In this document: positions 1 to 17,143 of the stretch, piece by piece | Numbering within the stretch: the stretch's first letter is position 1 | How the letters are laid out: each line of letters opens with the position of its first letter | Assembly (NCBI GenBank): GCA_964016885.1 | Contig: OZ024751.1 | Span: 32,860,001-32,924,000, forward strand | Length of the DNA: 64,000 bases | Reading direction: 5' to 3' | Source: Eledone cirrhosa | Taxonomy: Eukaryota | Program-made: the position numbers and the translations under genes | The notes under the pieces: generated by a model | What the model saw: the letters and a program-made list of their open reading frames with translations, nothing else | Told to the model about the DNA's origin: nothing | Databases searched by the model: none

Positions 1-277
1 GCTTTACACTGAATCTTCCTGATAATTTACATTGCTTGTGTGTCTGTAGAACGAAATACTCAGCCACTTACACGTTAAGTTAACGAGAAGGCCATTCCAT
101 TCATCGTAAAACTGGAAGATTCATCGTCGACACCGACGGAGGCCCGTTTCGTATGAATACATACGCTACGTTGTATTTCCTTTTGATGCTCGTCTGAGAT
201 TTACAGTCAGGCATAAGCGGCACTAAGCGAATACCATATGATGTTTCCGCCTAAAAGCGAGACGAACAAGGCCCAGA

Positions 278-364
<87 letters not shown>

Positions 365-436
365 TTAGAACATATTCTGGTCTTTGTATTTATTATTACT
401 ATATATATATACATACACACACACATGAGGGAGTGA

Positions 437-496
<60 letters not shown>

Positions 497-538
497 AGAT
501 AGATAGAGAGAGAGAGAGAGTGTGTGTGTGTGTGTGTG
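278..538. repeat. Compound microsatellite (CA)n/(CT)n/(GA)n/(GT)n
   Basis: Direct dinucleotide runs; overlapping ORFs are HT/SL/VC artefacts. Confidence 0.95.
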
Positions 539-684
539 ATCATATTGTTGCTATATCAGAGATGATGATTGAATTTTAAATTTAAAAAAAGTTCAATCAT
601 GCACTTTTACTTTCATTCAGTTCAGTTTTAAGAGAGGCTTACGGCGCTAGCTTTTCTCCAAGGTCTGTCGAGATTCGATTGTGT

Positions 685-721
<37 letters not shown>

Positions 722-1187
722 TGTATATGTATGCACACACACGTTTCTAAATATGTACGCACATACATGTTTGTATATATGTATACACACACATTATATA
801 TATATATATATATATATATGCATGTTTGTATGTATACATACATACACACTATTAGTAGTTCACATATTCAGCTTTCTGCTATATTTTATATTTTCCATCA
901 TTGCATTAAAGAGAATATAGCTGAAAGGGTTGCACACATAACAACTATAATAAACTTTCTTATTGCAGTTATTATTATTGTTATTACTGTTTGTTGTTGT
1001 TAGTGTTATTTTTATTTATATTAACAGTGTTGGAATTGACTACGGGAAAAATGAAAATATAATTTATTTACATTAGATTCCGAAGGCTTCTCGAACCCTT
1101 CCCGCCCCTCCAACACAATTTCTCTTCTTTTCCTCAGATAAACGGAGTACACTTATTCAAATAACTATTTGAGTCTGTTGAGACGCG

Positions 1188-1231
<44 letters not shown>

Positions 1232-2419
1232 ATATATATATTGGTTATTGTTCAAATATAGGTTAGAGGAACTATTCATTTAGAACTGAACATCCTTAGA
1301 GCTCCAGTAGTTACTATTGATATCTCACATTCACCATATACCTGATATCTTTAGCCTACGTTCTGAGACATTCCTTATATTCTTCAATCCCTTATGACCT
1401 TCCCCATCGCTACTTTATATGGTAAATATCGAAAATAAAACATTATTGACAACCGTAAAATCGATTTGAAATCCCATTCCAAAATTCGACTTTACCTTTC
1501 AGTTTCTGTTTATATCCGAAATATCTCGAGTCGTCAGTAGTTTATAGAAACTTCCACTACATACTTTGAATACTAATCTTGAGATGGACGTTGGAGAGAA
1601 CTGTATCAGTTCAGGTTTTATATTTAGTTAGAACTAACATTGTTGTTTTTCTTGCTGTGTAGCAGATCAAACCAAACTTCAGTAGAGTTAGAAAGTGTTC
1701 TAACCAAGCCGACCTCATCTTACATTTCGTTTATTCTGTCACTGTAACCAGAACTTAATTTTAGATAGTGTTATTCTTTTATGCAATTTCGAGGGAGATT
1801 TGGTTGTTATTTCAAGCAGTTTGATTTATCCTAAATTAGCTCCTTTATTGTTCACTTAGTTGGCTTATCTGGATATTGGGAAATAAACTTGATGGTCTCG
1901 ACTGAATCGACCTAGAGCATATGTCAGTTCGATTAGGGAAGATCTGAGACAAATCAACAACAACCATTATAGGAGGTCAGGTGACCTGCAGGGAAAAGCA
2001 GTCAAATTTCCTTCAAATTACAGTCTAAATACAACTTTCCAAAGTGAAAAGCACAATTTAAACACCGAATCACACCTATATGGTTTATGTATAGTGATCA
2101 CATTTTTTATCTCCTTATCATGATATCCAGAATTGGTTCCCACAAAATATAATTGGAAACATAACGTTGCAAAGCTGGTCATTATCCGTGTGGTTACCCA
2201 GTTTTATATCAGTAAAGAAGATGCTAGCTTCTATTCCTATGGATCACTGCTTGCTTTATTTACTTTGCTTCGCCTGATTTGGGTTTCCATTTCAATTCAC
2301 GATAATAATTAATGTGATGAAATCTTTTGCAGATGTCACAATGACTGACATGTATCTATATATATATACATACATATATATAGATATATGTGTGGTATGT
2401 ATGTAAATGCATATATACG

Positions 2420-2458
<39 letters not shown>

Positions 2459-2807
2459 GTGTGTGTATATATATATTCCTTGTAAAGTAAATAACATTTA
2501 TAATCAGTTGATAGATGCTTCTGACTACACTTTAAGTTATGCTATTTTCACAAACCTATCGGTAGAATACCCAGTTAGAGTACCCAGGTAGAATACCCAG
2601 GTGGACAAACAAAGATATCACCTTTTAATGGTATATTTTGGGAGAGAGAACAATTGTAAACCACAAAGTTCAGATTCACCTTAATTCAAACTACAACCCC
2701 CCCTCTCTTCCTCCCCTCTACTCCATCCTCCTCCCTCTCTCTCTCATTACATCGGTATCTTATGAACTCGTATTTCTCAGTCTATTTATGTAGAGAGAGA
2801 ACAACGA

Positions 2808-2941
2808 AATTTACTATAGATATGACTACTACAAGACTAAAACTGTTTCATTTATATGAAATCATGTGGAGTGGGCACTTCCGTTGATTTCATATGAATG
2901 AAACATTCCGTGTTCTGTAGAACCATTTCTATATTAAATTT
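2808..2941. mobile_element. Degenerate fold-back (palindromic) element, same family as 10743-10874
   Basis: Arms ...ctacaagactaaaactgtttcatttatatgaaatca and tgatttcatatgaatgaaacattccgtgttctgtag are imperfect reverse complements and align by eye with the 10743-10874 palindrome. Confidence 0.65.
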
Positions 2942-3395
2942 GTTATCCATCTATATAAAATAATATGAATAAAAATGACAGCATACATTTTAGCGAGCCT
3001 CTATGCTGGGATTTCAAATCTGACAAAGGTCAATTCTGCCTTCCTGTTCTGTTTGTTCCAATGATGCCAACAGAAGACATTAGGCTTGTTCCATGGACAA
3101 TTCAATAGAAGATATTTCTTCTCTCCATATTTCTGGGAATTTGCCAAAGTAAGCAATCAATAATTGGACTCCTGAATATTGCAAAGAAAGAAACATTTTT
3201 CATATAACCTTTCTTCTATAGTCCATGTAATTCTAAAACTCACCAAATACAAATGGCGGCTACGATGAGAACTGGGAACATCCACGAACCCTCTCACACA
3301 CACACACATATGTATACACATACTTATGTGTGTGTTTAAGCGTATGTGCGTGTGTGCGTGTGTGTGAACAACCGAAACGCAATTCACCAAAAGAA

Positions 3396-3431
<36 letters not shown>

Positions 3432-3717
3432 CACACACACAAGTGGATAGTACATACAGTATTAAAAATATTGCTAGGGAAAACTGTCGCCATCAAAATC
3501 ATACATATATATACCCGGATCGAAATTCTATTTCGATCTTCTAGTTTCTCTCTATCTCCTATCTTCCATTCTATGCTTGGATTCAATGTAATCCTGTTAA
3601 GTCTGCAAATAACACCTGATGAAATCGGATGATAAAGCTGAGCCATGGAAATATGTATAGTGATTTTGGAGAATTGAAATTCTAAAGTAAATATTCTAGT
3701 CCGGCGGCCTTCTGTTG

Positions 3718-3763
<46 letters not shown>

Positions 3764-6700
3764 CAACATATATATAAAGCAGAAGAAGGAAAATGAAGGA
3801 GAGAGTTGACTTCTCTTACTCCACCTTCTTAAAACACTCTCTTTGTTGACGAATAATAATCGATGAATTGATAATAACTGCAATACCTATATTGAATGAT
3901 GGCTCAGTCACTAAACAAATACACATAGAAACCGATATATCCAGATCACATTTGAAGATCAATGGATAAGCACACAGGAATAAAATACTAACTTCTCTTC
4001 ATGCCGTTGAAGAAAAAGACAAGATTTTTGTATTCAATTTCCTGTCTGATTTTTATAGTTATTGCTTCTGTTGTTGTTGTTGATGATGATGATGTTATGT
4101 TGCTGTTTACATTGTTATAGTGTTTGCTCTTGTTATTGTTGCTAATGTTCATGTTCGAATTTTGTCGTTGCAATTGTTATCTATTTTATTACTATTGCTA
4201 TTCCTTATTATTAGAAATTACCACCACCACCACCACCACTACTGGTGTTGATGATGATGATGATAATATAATTGAAAAGAGGAAAGGCAAACTCTCCGAG
4301 GTTAACTTTATCTCTGATCCTTCAGGGTCCCAATAAAATAAAGTACCAATCATGTATTGGAGTTGGTAGTACTAATATTCGCACCCCACCCCCATTGTTG
4401 GCCTTGTGCCATTATTCTTCCTATTTTAGTCATTTTATACAATCACTTATCAGTTCATTACATATGCCCTGGGGCAAGAGAAGGTAAGTGTGATTAATTA
4501 TTAGTTCAACCAACTGTAGAGCTGGTCACAGCGAACCACATTAATTACAGAAAGAAATATTTCGTTTGTATTTATAGCTTGCTATCGATTATCGATTCGT
4601 GTCTTTATATATATATATATATATATATTAAAAAATGTCGAGGCACTTGAAGTATAACAAAGATTGTTTATGACTTCATCATATCGGACCCAAAACACGT
4701 ATTTCCCAGCTGCACTATAGTTTAAGACTTCTTAGTTTCTGCTAAGCAGGTGTTGGTCTTTTACTGCCAACATTAATCGGTCTGTTTCTATTTTTAATCC
4801 AGGACCTCTCTGCCATTTATTGTTTTTTGGTCAACATCAGCATCTTTAATTCGGAATACCAACGCAGAGGCTTTTGTCCTCACTAATATTCTGATTATTT
4901 AGGCCTTGCAGTTCTACTAACAGCTTGAAGTTTTTAGATTGCATGATGGCAGTCGTTACATTGTCAACCAGTAGAGAGTTAATTATTCTGGGTGGTCAGA
5001 GTGCAATATTTGAGTCGTTACGCGGAATTTAAATTCTGGATAGATACTGCAACATTCCACCTGACGCTCTAACAATGTCGTAAAGACATTTCACCAACTT
5101 GTATTGTCGGAATAGTGTCTAAATGTTTCGACGCACCTTTACAACCTGGTCATTCATACACATAATTTCACCGATTTATAAAAGCCGCCTTAATATATCC
5201 ATTTTAGAGTTAAACTGATCAAAATGTTGATATCCCATTATCGAAAGTTAAAAAAAAGATGGATTTTTAGATAGATAAAATAATAGGGTTTATGACAGGA
5301 AGGTACTTAGAATAGATCACTAAATGATTAAATAACTTGTTGAGGCTAACAGGATCTGAAACAAGATGATAATTGAATGAGACTGAACACTAAGGCTTGT
5401 TCTTCCATCGGTCATCGATGACAAGCGTCACTTTGACTACATAATATATATTTTTATGTTTTCGTCGATGACGGATGAAACCGATCCTGACAGCCAAATG
5501 ACAGCCACATCTAAGACTTATGTGGTTTGAGATTTAAGTTTCCGCACTGGATCTGTGTTGTTTACAAGAATGTTCAGCCTTTGATGGTGTGCCATGTGTC
5601 ATAAATACTTTTTTGAGGAAGCTGGTACCATGATTCAATCTACGTTACATCTCAGATTATCATTTCACCACTTTTTCTGAAGAATATACACACACGCATA
5701 TATATATATGTGTGTGTGTATATCATGGCACTATCGTTTCTTCCCACTCATATTTATAGCAGTATCAACACACACAGACACGAAGAAAGATTATTTATTC
5801 GATCAAATTTATAGTCCAGAGAATAATAATATATCACGAGATATTTGTTTAGATAATTAAAAAGAAAAACAAAATTTGATGTATATATAATCCTCGAATT
5901 GTGACGAAACCTGTCAGGCACTGTCATGATTTAACTTCAACAGAATTTGCAGAAAAAAAAGAAAAAACTTATTCCGAATGAATATCATTTATATTATTTA
6001 TATGTTTAGTTTTCACAAATACTGAATAATTGACACTAGTTTAGAATGATAATTTATTCAAGAAAACGACAGGAGGTTCTAATAAAACTATATTGTAGTA
6101 ATCTAAAATATTTACACCCCAAGATTTTATTTAATTCATCATCATACCCTATTTTTTGTAAAATATTTTATATATTTTTTTCAAATAAAATGGAAACATT
6201 GCTGCAAACAACCAACGCGAGGAAAATATATTGTGCATGCAGTTTAAAAATGGATGCAATGAGAAGGGCGGACGTTTTTAAGCCACGCTTTATCATATTA
6301 TGGCCGACCATTTTCGTTTTATACCGATAAAGAGGGTTCTCTTGGAAATTGTATCACTAATTAACAACACTACTGTAATTAATCATGTTGACATAATCCT
6401 CTTTTATAGTATAATCGAGCCTAAGTATGTGAACAAAAACATCATAACAACAAACAAAATAATAACAAAAATATGTAAAAAAGCAAACTGTAGCTGTTGA
6501 TGTTGCTGTGAATGCTGTGAATAATGAAGTCAAAGCAGCAGCCTGATGACGTAAACGTTATGCTGCTTCTATTGCAGTTGTCGCTACTACTACTACTACA
6601 AATGATAGTAATGATTTATTCATTAGCTTTAAGGGCTTGCATATAGAATACAGTAAAACATTAGAAAGAGAGGTTGCAATACATGTGAGGTAGGACAAAG

Positions 6701-7859
6701 TTATGTAAAAACAAATGTAGGGTGGGGAGGGGGGGACATTATGGCTTCTAATTTAAGCACAATACCAGTTATTTCTGGGGAGAGGGATATTGATTATATT
6801 GAATAGATTACTTGACTGGTATTCCGTAAGTCTGAAGATCGAAGTTAGGGACATATATAGTATATTGAACAGTTTCCTTTTGTCAACAAATGAGGAAAGG
6901 AGTACTCAATACATTTCGTATAGTATCTAAACTCAAAGTTTCCTCGTTGTTTGAATTCGACCACACACACACACACATACATACACACATGGAAAGGTAC
7001 CTAAGCAATGGCAATCAAGAATGATAATCTTAATGAAATCCAAAGTTGGCCATGATGCATTTTCAATACAGCATAAAGAATCGTAGCAAACAGAGCAAGA
7101 TGATTGCATTATTTCGCTGGTTCCATTCCCAAAATCTCGACCACGATGACCAACAACACCGACACCACCATCTCCACAAATACAAACAACAAGCAAATTT
7201 TATTACGGGTGCTGACACCCAAATCGCTAAGGTAGTGCACAACATAATGCTGTGTACGTTGTTTTCATCTTTGCACTATTCACTAGATCTTTACCTAAGA
7301 CATTTAAATCTCATAGATACCAAGTGCAACAAGCGTAAACAAACACTTAGCTGTCAGCAAAAGTTACCGGGTCATCTAGGTGAGTTAACATGCGATATAC
7401 ATTCATAATATTCGGAGATGGCAGTATAATGGTGGTGGTGGTGGTTGTGGGGTGATATTTTGCCCCATTTGTTTAATATCGTGGAAACTGTTGTATACAT
7501 TGGTTCTTTAAACACCCCAGTCTACCAACATGCTTGCCTTGGAAATAATGAAGTATTGACTTTATTTGCCTACACCGAAATAGAAATAATTATCATTCGA
7601 TCACAGAAGCTAAAACATATTTGTAAAACATAACTATCTAAAATGCACAAGACAAAAATGAAATTCTCTGTAGTTATTTTTCCTATTTTTTTGTTACATT
7701 TATTTTGTTTTTGTTTGTTGTTTTGGTGTGCATAGATTTGTGAAAATGTGCTTTTCCGTGTCTGACACAGCAATGTCACAGGAAGTGAAGCATGAAGAAA
7801 GATGGATGTTCAATATATATGAGAACTAATCGGGAATAACTAAAACGACAAACAACTAA

Positions 7860-7883
7860 ACACACACATACATAAATTTATAA

Positions 7884-7949
<66 letters not shown>

Positions 7950-8016
7950 ATATATATATATGTGTGTATATATATATATATGTGTATATATATATATATG
8001 TGTATATATATATATA

Positions 8017-8047
<31 letters not shown>

Positions 8048-8066
8048 GTGTATATATATATATATA

Positions 8067-8119
<53 letters not shown>

Positions 8120-8403
8120 ATATATATATATATGTGTATATATATATATATGTGTATATATATATATGTGTATATATATATGTGTGTGTATATATATATG
8201 TGGGTATATATATATATGTGTGTATATATATATATGTGTGTATATATATATATGTGTGTATATATATATATGTACTATATAATATATATGTGTATATATA
8301 TATATATATATGTGTATATATATATGTGTGTGTATATATATATGTTGTGTATATATATATGTGGTGTATATATATATATGTGTGTATATATATATAGTGT
8401 GTG

Positions 8404-8435
<32 letters not shown>

Positions 8436-8437
8436 AT

Positions 8438-8489
<52 letters not shown>

Positions 8490-8527
8490 GTGTGTGTATA
8501 TATTCATATATATATGTGTGTATATAT

Positions 8528-8583
<56 letters not shown>

Positions 8584-8613
8584 CTATATATGTGTGTGTG
8601 TATATATACAATA

Positions 8614-8650
<37 letters not shown>

Positions 8651-8862
8651 ATATATACATAATATATATATGTGTGTATATATATACATATATATATGTG
8701 TATATATGCATATATATGTGTGTGTGTATATATACATAGATATAAATGAAGCCATTCCGTCGGAAAGGTCCCGGAAAAAAGAGTGCTCTATGTAGGTTAC
8801 AGAGCTTATTAAGTTATGTAATAAAGAACATAAGATAATTATTTCATTTACCAGTGGTTTCT

Positions 8863-8910
<48 letters not shown>

Positions 8911-9309
8911 AAATATCAATATATTCATATGTAAATATAAAGGTATGTATATAAAGACATACAGCCATACATATAAACACACGTACATACATATATACAA
9001 AGAAACGTACATGTATATATACATGGATACATACATATATACATACATATATATATATATACATATATGGGTACATACATGGATACATACATGGATACAT
9101 ATATATATATATATACATATATACATATATACATACATAGATACATATATATATATATATATACATGGATACATATATACATACATATATATATACATAT
9201 ATACATGGATACATATATATATATATACATGGATACATATAAATATATATATATACATGGATACATATATATATATACATGGATACATATATATATATAT
9301 ATACATGGA

Positions 9310-9344
<35 letters not shown>

Positions 9345-9747
9345 CATGGATATATATATATATATATTCATACATGGATACATATATATATACATACATG
9401 GATATATATATATATACATACATGGATACATATATATATATATACATACATGGATACATATATATATATACATACATGGATACATATATAAACATATATA
9501 TATATATATACATACATGGATACATATATATACATACATGGATACATATATATACATACATAGATACATATATATATATACATGGATACATATATATATA
9601 TACATGGATACATATATATATATATATATACTTGGATACATATATATATATACATGGATACATATATATATATACTTGGATACATATATATATATACATA
9701 CATGGATACATATATATATATACATGGATACATATATACATACATGG

Positions 9748-9794
<47 letters not shown>

Positions 9795-9899
9795 CATGGA
9801 TACATATATACATATATACATACATGGATACATATATATATATATATATATATACATACATGGATACATATATACATATATATATATATACATACATGG

Positions 9900-9947
<48 letters not shown>

Positions 9948-9975
9948 GGATACATACATATATGGATACATACAT

Positions 9976-10018
<43 letters not shown>

Positions 10019-10021
10019 TGG

Positions 10022-10054
<33 letters not shown>

Positions 10055-10055
10055 T

Positions 10056-10092
<37 letters not shown>

Positions 10093-10093
10093 T

Positions 10094-10138
<45 letters not shown>

Positions 10139-10151
10139 TGGATACATACAT

Positions 10152-10194
<43 letters not shown>

Positions 10195-10215
10195 TGGATA
10201 CATACATGGATAGAT
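7860..10215. repeat. (TA)n/(TG)n microsatellite followed by a CATGGATA(TA)n minisatellite-like array
   Basis: Direct inspection; a short unique island lies at about 8745-8865. Confidence 0.95.
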
Positions 10216-10742
10216 AATGTCAATTCAAAATGTCATCGTGAATCACTTTCCTTTGAGCTCAGTCAGAAGCAGATAGCAATGAGTGTACAAATAAAGAAAT
10301 ACATCTTTTCTAAAGAGGTCCCCTCCGCTCCTCCTCATCATCATCTCTATCAACACCTTCCTAATTCTCTTCCTCATCAACAAAAGTATTTTCTAATATA
10401 AAATATTCAAGTCAATGCAATGAGTTAAACAAATATGGCGTCTGTAGTGTAATGGGTTTAGATTTAGTTTTGTTCCGCCATCTAAACAAGCATTAAATAT
10501 GAAACCCATTCAGAAAACTTTCGTTCGCTGACATTTTTCTATTTAACGTTGGAAACAAAACCTGAGACACACACGCACATATATATACATACATATACAT
10601 ATATATATATATATATAAATATATACATACATATAGATATATACACACATACAAGCATATAAACATAGATGTAGATCTCGCGTAAAATCGTATGTAATCA
10701 CGATTAAAAATGTACTCAATACATTAGTAGTACGTATACATC

Positions 10743-10874
10743 CATGTTTAATATAGATATGGCTTCTACATGAGTAGAACTGTTTCATTCTTATGAAATC
10801 ATCAGGAATGCCTGATGATTTCATACGAATGAAACATCTCTAGTCCTGTAGAAGTCAATTATATATTAAACATG
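10743..10874. mobile_element. ~132-bp fold-back element with about 64-bp arms, each carrying a hammerhead-like core CUGAUGA-U-UUC-N4-GAA-U-GAAAC
   Basis: The left arm catgtttaatatag...gaaatcatcagg is the near reverse complement of cctgatgatttcatacgaatgaaac...tattaaacatg, with a 4-nt centre (aatg). Stem I cannot form. Confidence 0.7.
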
Positions 10875-10948
10875 ATGTTTACGTTCTATTAATGTATTGA
10901 GTACCTTACTTACTGTGGTTATCTCCAATTGAACCCGGCACTCTTACA

Positions 10949-10989
<41 letters not shown>

Positions 10990-11069
10990 GAGAGATAAAG
11001 TGAGAGAATGGTTTAAACGTAAGACCAAGCAGCTTTGTTTGTGGTTTCCCCGTGCTCTCACCAGCACAG

Positions 11070-11115
<46 letters not shown>

Positions 11116-11141
11116 TATATAAATATATATATATATATATG

Positions 11142-11177
<36 letters not shown>

Positions 11178-11222
11178 TATATAAATATATATAAATATAT
11201 TATATATATATATATATATATG

Positions 11223-11264
<42 letters not shown>

Positions 11265-11280
11265 TATTATATATATATAT

Positions 11281-11323
<43 letters not shown>

Positions 11324-11345
11324 TATTATATATATATATATATAA
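11070..11345. repeat. (TA)n microsatellite
   Basis: Direct inspection. Confidence 0.95.
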
Positions 11346-11798
11346 ACGTATGTTAGTTACGCAACATTTGTAAGTTCAATAGCTAGCTTTGTATTCCCTT
11401 ATCGATGTTTGATTCCTTTCTGTGTCCAAAGAATGTTTCTCTTATTATCGTAACCCACTTGTTAAATATTTGGTAATCCATTACCGCTTTTCTGTTTGTT
11501 TATATCTGTTAGCACCGATTCTTACAGACAAATATTTGCGAATGTTTGAAAATGTTGATTGTATCTGAAAACTGATTGCGGTCGGTAGGGTACATGCATT
11601 GGCTAATATTGTCCAAGATACCCGAGGAATATACGATTTGATGATCATTGCTGGAAGGTCTTTGATGTTAGGCGTGTTCGGCCAAGTTGAAAAAGTGGTT
11701 TTAAATAACAACAACACTAACAATACCAGCACCATTAATAATTCACTACGTAAATTTAAGTGTCACCTTCATTACTATTAGATATACCGACATTATTA

Positions 11799-11980
11799 TT
11801 GGCAGTATCGGTAGAGGGTCGGACGCCATGCTTTGACGCATAGAGTTACGGCCCTTACCATTCTGAGTTCAAATCCCGCCGAGGTTAACTTTGCCTTTCA
11901 TCCTGACGAGGTCGATACAACAAAGTACCAGTAATGCACTGGGGAAATTGCTGGCCTTGTGCCAAAAGTAGAAACAATTA
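11799..11980 (+). mobile_element. tRNA-type SINE, family A
   Basis: A-box-like tggcagtatcgg, B-box gagttcaaatccc, body gccgaggttaactttgcctttcatcc and tail gctggccttgtgccaaaagtagaaac; the same sequence recurs many times in the window. Confidence 0.85.
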
Positions 11981-12149
11981 TTATTCTTGGAGATATTTTC
12001 TACGATAACAACTAAAATAGAATGGTTCATTTCACAAATATTTTCACATTTCAACGTGTCATGCTTTTATTTAACCCCTCTCCTCCTTTTTTCCTCTTTT
12101 ATCTCAATGTTTGTCTCATCCCTTGCCCTTTATTTAACTTTCTACTATT

Positions 12150-12770
12150 CTTCTCTCTCTCCCTTACCCTGTCTCTCTCTCTCTCTCCTCTTTCCTTTCA
12201 CCAGTATATCATCACAATTTCCTTAACCACATCTCTCTCTCTCTCTCACACACACACTTACCCTCACTCTCCAACACACACTTGTCTCCCACTCTCACTC
12301 TATATTTATATCTCTCTATCTTTCTCTTTCCTTTCACCAGTATATCATCACAATTTCCTTAACCACATCTCAATCTTCTCTGTCACACCCACACTCTCCA
12401 ACACACCCTCACTCTCCCACTCTCTCTCTCTCCCTCTCACACACACCCCCTCACTCTCCAACATACCCTCCCTCTCCCTCTCACCCCCCCTCACTCTCCA
12501 ACATACCCTCGTTCTCCCTCTCACCCCCCCTCACTCTCTCTCACACACACACACACACGCACACACACACACACCCTCACTCTCCAACATACCCTCACTC
12601 TCCAACACACCCTCACTCTCCCACTCTCTTTCTCTCTCACCCCCCCCTCACTCTCCAACACATCCTCACTCTCCCACTCTCTCTCACACACACACACCCT
12701 CACTCTCCAACACACCCTCCCACTCCCACTCTATCTTTCTATCTCTCAATCTTCTCTCTCTCTCACAATC
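12150..12770. repeat. CT/CA-rich low-complexity repeat with recurrent ccctcactctccaaca units
   Basis: Direct inspection. Confidence 0.85.
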
Positions 12771-13139
12771 GATTACAGACGGTTTATTCCCGCAGCTTTA
12801 ACTAAGCCAGAAATAAACTGCTGCTGATAAATACTTTAGTCAGCGAAAGAAAGAGAAGAAAAAGCAACAACAAAAATCACTGCTAAACTCACAGAGCCTA
12901 TGTCATTCGTTAAAGCAGAATCTTAATAGAATTACTGACCAAATAAGTTGCAAATATGCTGTGAGAAGGGGAGGGCGGCGTCGACGAAGTAAACGTCGGA
13001 ACAATAACCTGATCAGCTGATAATGTGCAACACCATTGATTACCAAACCATTTCTTGTAACCTTCAACTATATTCTTCGCCACAGATTTAACATTCAAGC
13101 CAATTTGGAGGAAATTCAGATACAATCCGAATACACGTT

Positions 13140-13157
13140 GTTTATATATATATATAG

Positions 13158-13189
<32 letters not shown>

Positions 13190-13960
13190 CATACATATAT
13201 ACACATGTACATATACATACATATATACACATACATACATACATGTACATACATATATATATATATATATATATACATACATGTACATACATATATACAT
13301 ACATATACATACATAACATACATACATATATATATATATACATACATACATATACATATATACATAAATACATACATATACATATACATATATATACATA
13401 CACATACACATACATATATATATATACATACATATACATACATATATATATATACATACATATACATACATATATATATATACATATACATACATATACA
13501 TACATATATATATATACATATACATACATATACATACATATATATATATACATACATATACATACATATATATATATATACATACATATACATACATATA
13601 TATATATATATACATTACATATACATACATATATATATATATATATATACATACATATACATACATATATATATATATATACATACATATACATACATAT
13701 ATATATATATATATATACATACATATACATACATATATATATATATATATACATACATACACATACATATATATATATATATACATACATACACATACAT
13801 ATATATATAATATATATACATAAATACACATACATATATATATATATATATATACATACATACACATACATATATATATATATATATATACATACATACA
13901 CATACATATATATATACATACATATACATACATACATACATACATAATATATATACATAC

Positions 13961-14003
<43 letters not shown>

Positions 14004-15166
14004 CATACATATACATACATATATATATATATATATACATACATATACATACATATATATATATATATATATACATACATATACATACATATACATACAT
14101 ATATATATATATACATATATATACATACATATATAACATACATATACATACATATATATATATATACATACATATACATACATATATATACATACATATA
14201 CATACATATATAATATATACATACATATACATACATATATACATATATATACATACATATACATACATATATATATATATATATACATACATATACATAC
14301 ATATATATATATATATACCATAAATATACATACATATATATATATATATATACATACATATACATACATATATATATATATATATACATACATATACATA
14401 ATATATATATATATATATACATACATATACATATATATATATATATATATACATACATATACATGCATATATATATATATACATACATATACATACATAT
14501 ATATATATATATACATACATACACATATATATATATATACATACATATACATATATATATATATATATATACATACATATACATATATATATATATATAT
14601 ACATACATATACACACATATATATATATATACATACATATACATATATATATATATATATACATACATATACACATATATATATATATATACATACATAT
14701 ACACATATATATATATATATATACATACATATACACATATATATATATATATATAAATACATACATATACACATATATATATATATATACATACATATAC
14801 ACATATATATATATATATATACATACATATACACATATATATATATATATATACATACATATACACATATATATATATATATACTATACATATACACATA
14901 TATATATATATATATATACATACATATACACATATATATATATATATATATACATACATATACATATATATATATATATACATACATATACAATATATAT
15001 ATATATATATATACATACATATACACATATATATATATATATATACATACATATACATATATATATATATATATATATACATACATATACATATATATAT
15101 ATATATACATACATATACATATATTATATATATACATACATATATATATATATATATACATACATA

Positions 15167-15197
<31 letters not shown>

Positions 15198-17111
15198 ATA
15201 TATACATACATATACATATACATATATATATATACATAACATATATATATATACATACATATACATATATATATATATACATACATATACATATATATAT
15301 ATACATACATAAACATATATATATATACATACATATACATATATATATATATACATACATACACATATATATATATATATATATACATACATACACATAT
15401 ATATATATATATATACATACATACACATATATATATATATATATACATACATACACATATATATATATATATACATACATACACATATATATATATATAT
15501 ATATACATACATACACATATATATATATATACATACATACACATATATATATATATATATACACATACATATACATATATACATACATACACATATATAT
15601 ATATATATATACATACATACACATATATATATATATATATACATACAATATACACATACATATATATATACATACATACACATACATATATATATACATA
15701 CATACACATACATATATAATATACATACATACACATACATATATATATACATACACATACATATATATACATACATACACATACATATATATACATACAT
15801 ACACATACATATATATACATACATACACATACATATATATACATACATACACATACATATATATACATACATACACATACATATATATATATACATACAT
15901 ACACATATATATATATACATACATACACATACATATATATATACATACATACACATACATATATATAATACATACATACACATACATATATATATATACA
16001 TACATACACATACATATATATATATACATACATACACATACATATATATATATACATACATACACATACATATATATAATACATACAATACACATACATA
16101 TATATATATACATACACATACATATATATACATACATACACATACATATATATACATACATACACATACATATATATACATACATACAACATACATATAT
16201 TATACATACATACACATACATATATATACATACATACACATACATATATATATATACATACATACACATACATATATATATATACATACATACACATACA
16301 TATATATATATACATACATACATATATATATACATACATACAATATATATACATACATACACATACATATATATATACATACATACACATACATATATAT
16401 ATATATACATACATACACATACATATATATATACATACATACACATACATATATATATATACATACATACACATACATATATATATACATACATACACAT
16501 ACATATATTATACATACATACACATACATATATATATACATACATACACATACATATATATATACATACATACACATACATATATATATACAATACATAC
16601 ACATACATATATATATACATACATACACATACATATATATATACATACATACACATACATATATATACATACATACACATACATATATATATATATACAT
16701 ACATACACATACATATATATATATATACATACATACACATACATATATATATATATACATACATACATACACATAATATATATACATACATACATACACA
16801 TATATATATACATACATACATACACATATATATATACATACATACATACATACACATATATATATATACATACATACATACACATATATATATATACATA
16901 CATACATACACATATATATATATACATACATACATACACATATATATATATACATACATACACATATTATATATACATACATACACATATATACATACAT
17001 ACATACACATACATATATATATACATACATACATACATACATACACATATATATACATACATACATACATATATATATATACATACACATACATACATAC
17101 ATACATACACA

Positions 17112-17143
<32 letters not shown>

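Noticed and set aside
128-170. Minus-strand half hammerhead (GUAUG-uauu-CAUAC-GAAAC-GG-gccu-CC-GUC)
   Set aside because: Stems II and III and GUC are present, but there is no CUGANGA and no good stem I; at most a decayed remnant.
4429-4489. Plus-strand segment ending ..HMPWGKR with a strong GTAAGT donor, resembling a neuropeptide amidation site
   Set aside because: All three frames are open, the motif is single, and it lies next to a SINE remnant with no supporting exons.
5393-5490. Imperfect ~30-bp inverted repeat containing cgatga..gaaac
   Set aside because: Core incomplete and stems inconsistent; cannot be called a ribozyme or a MITE.
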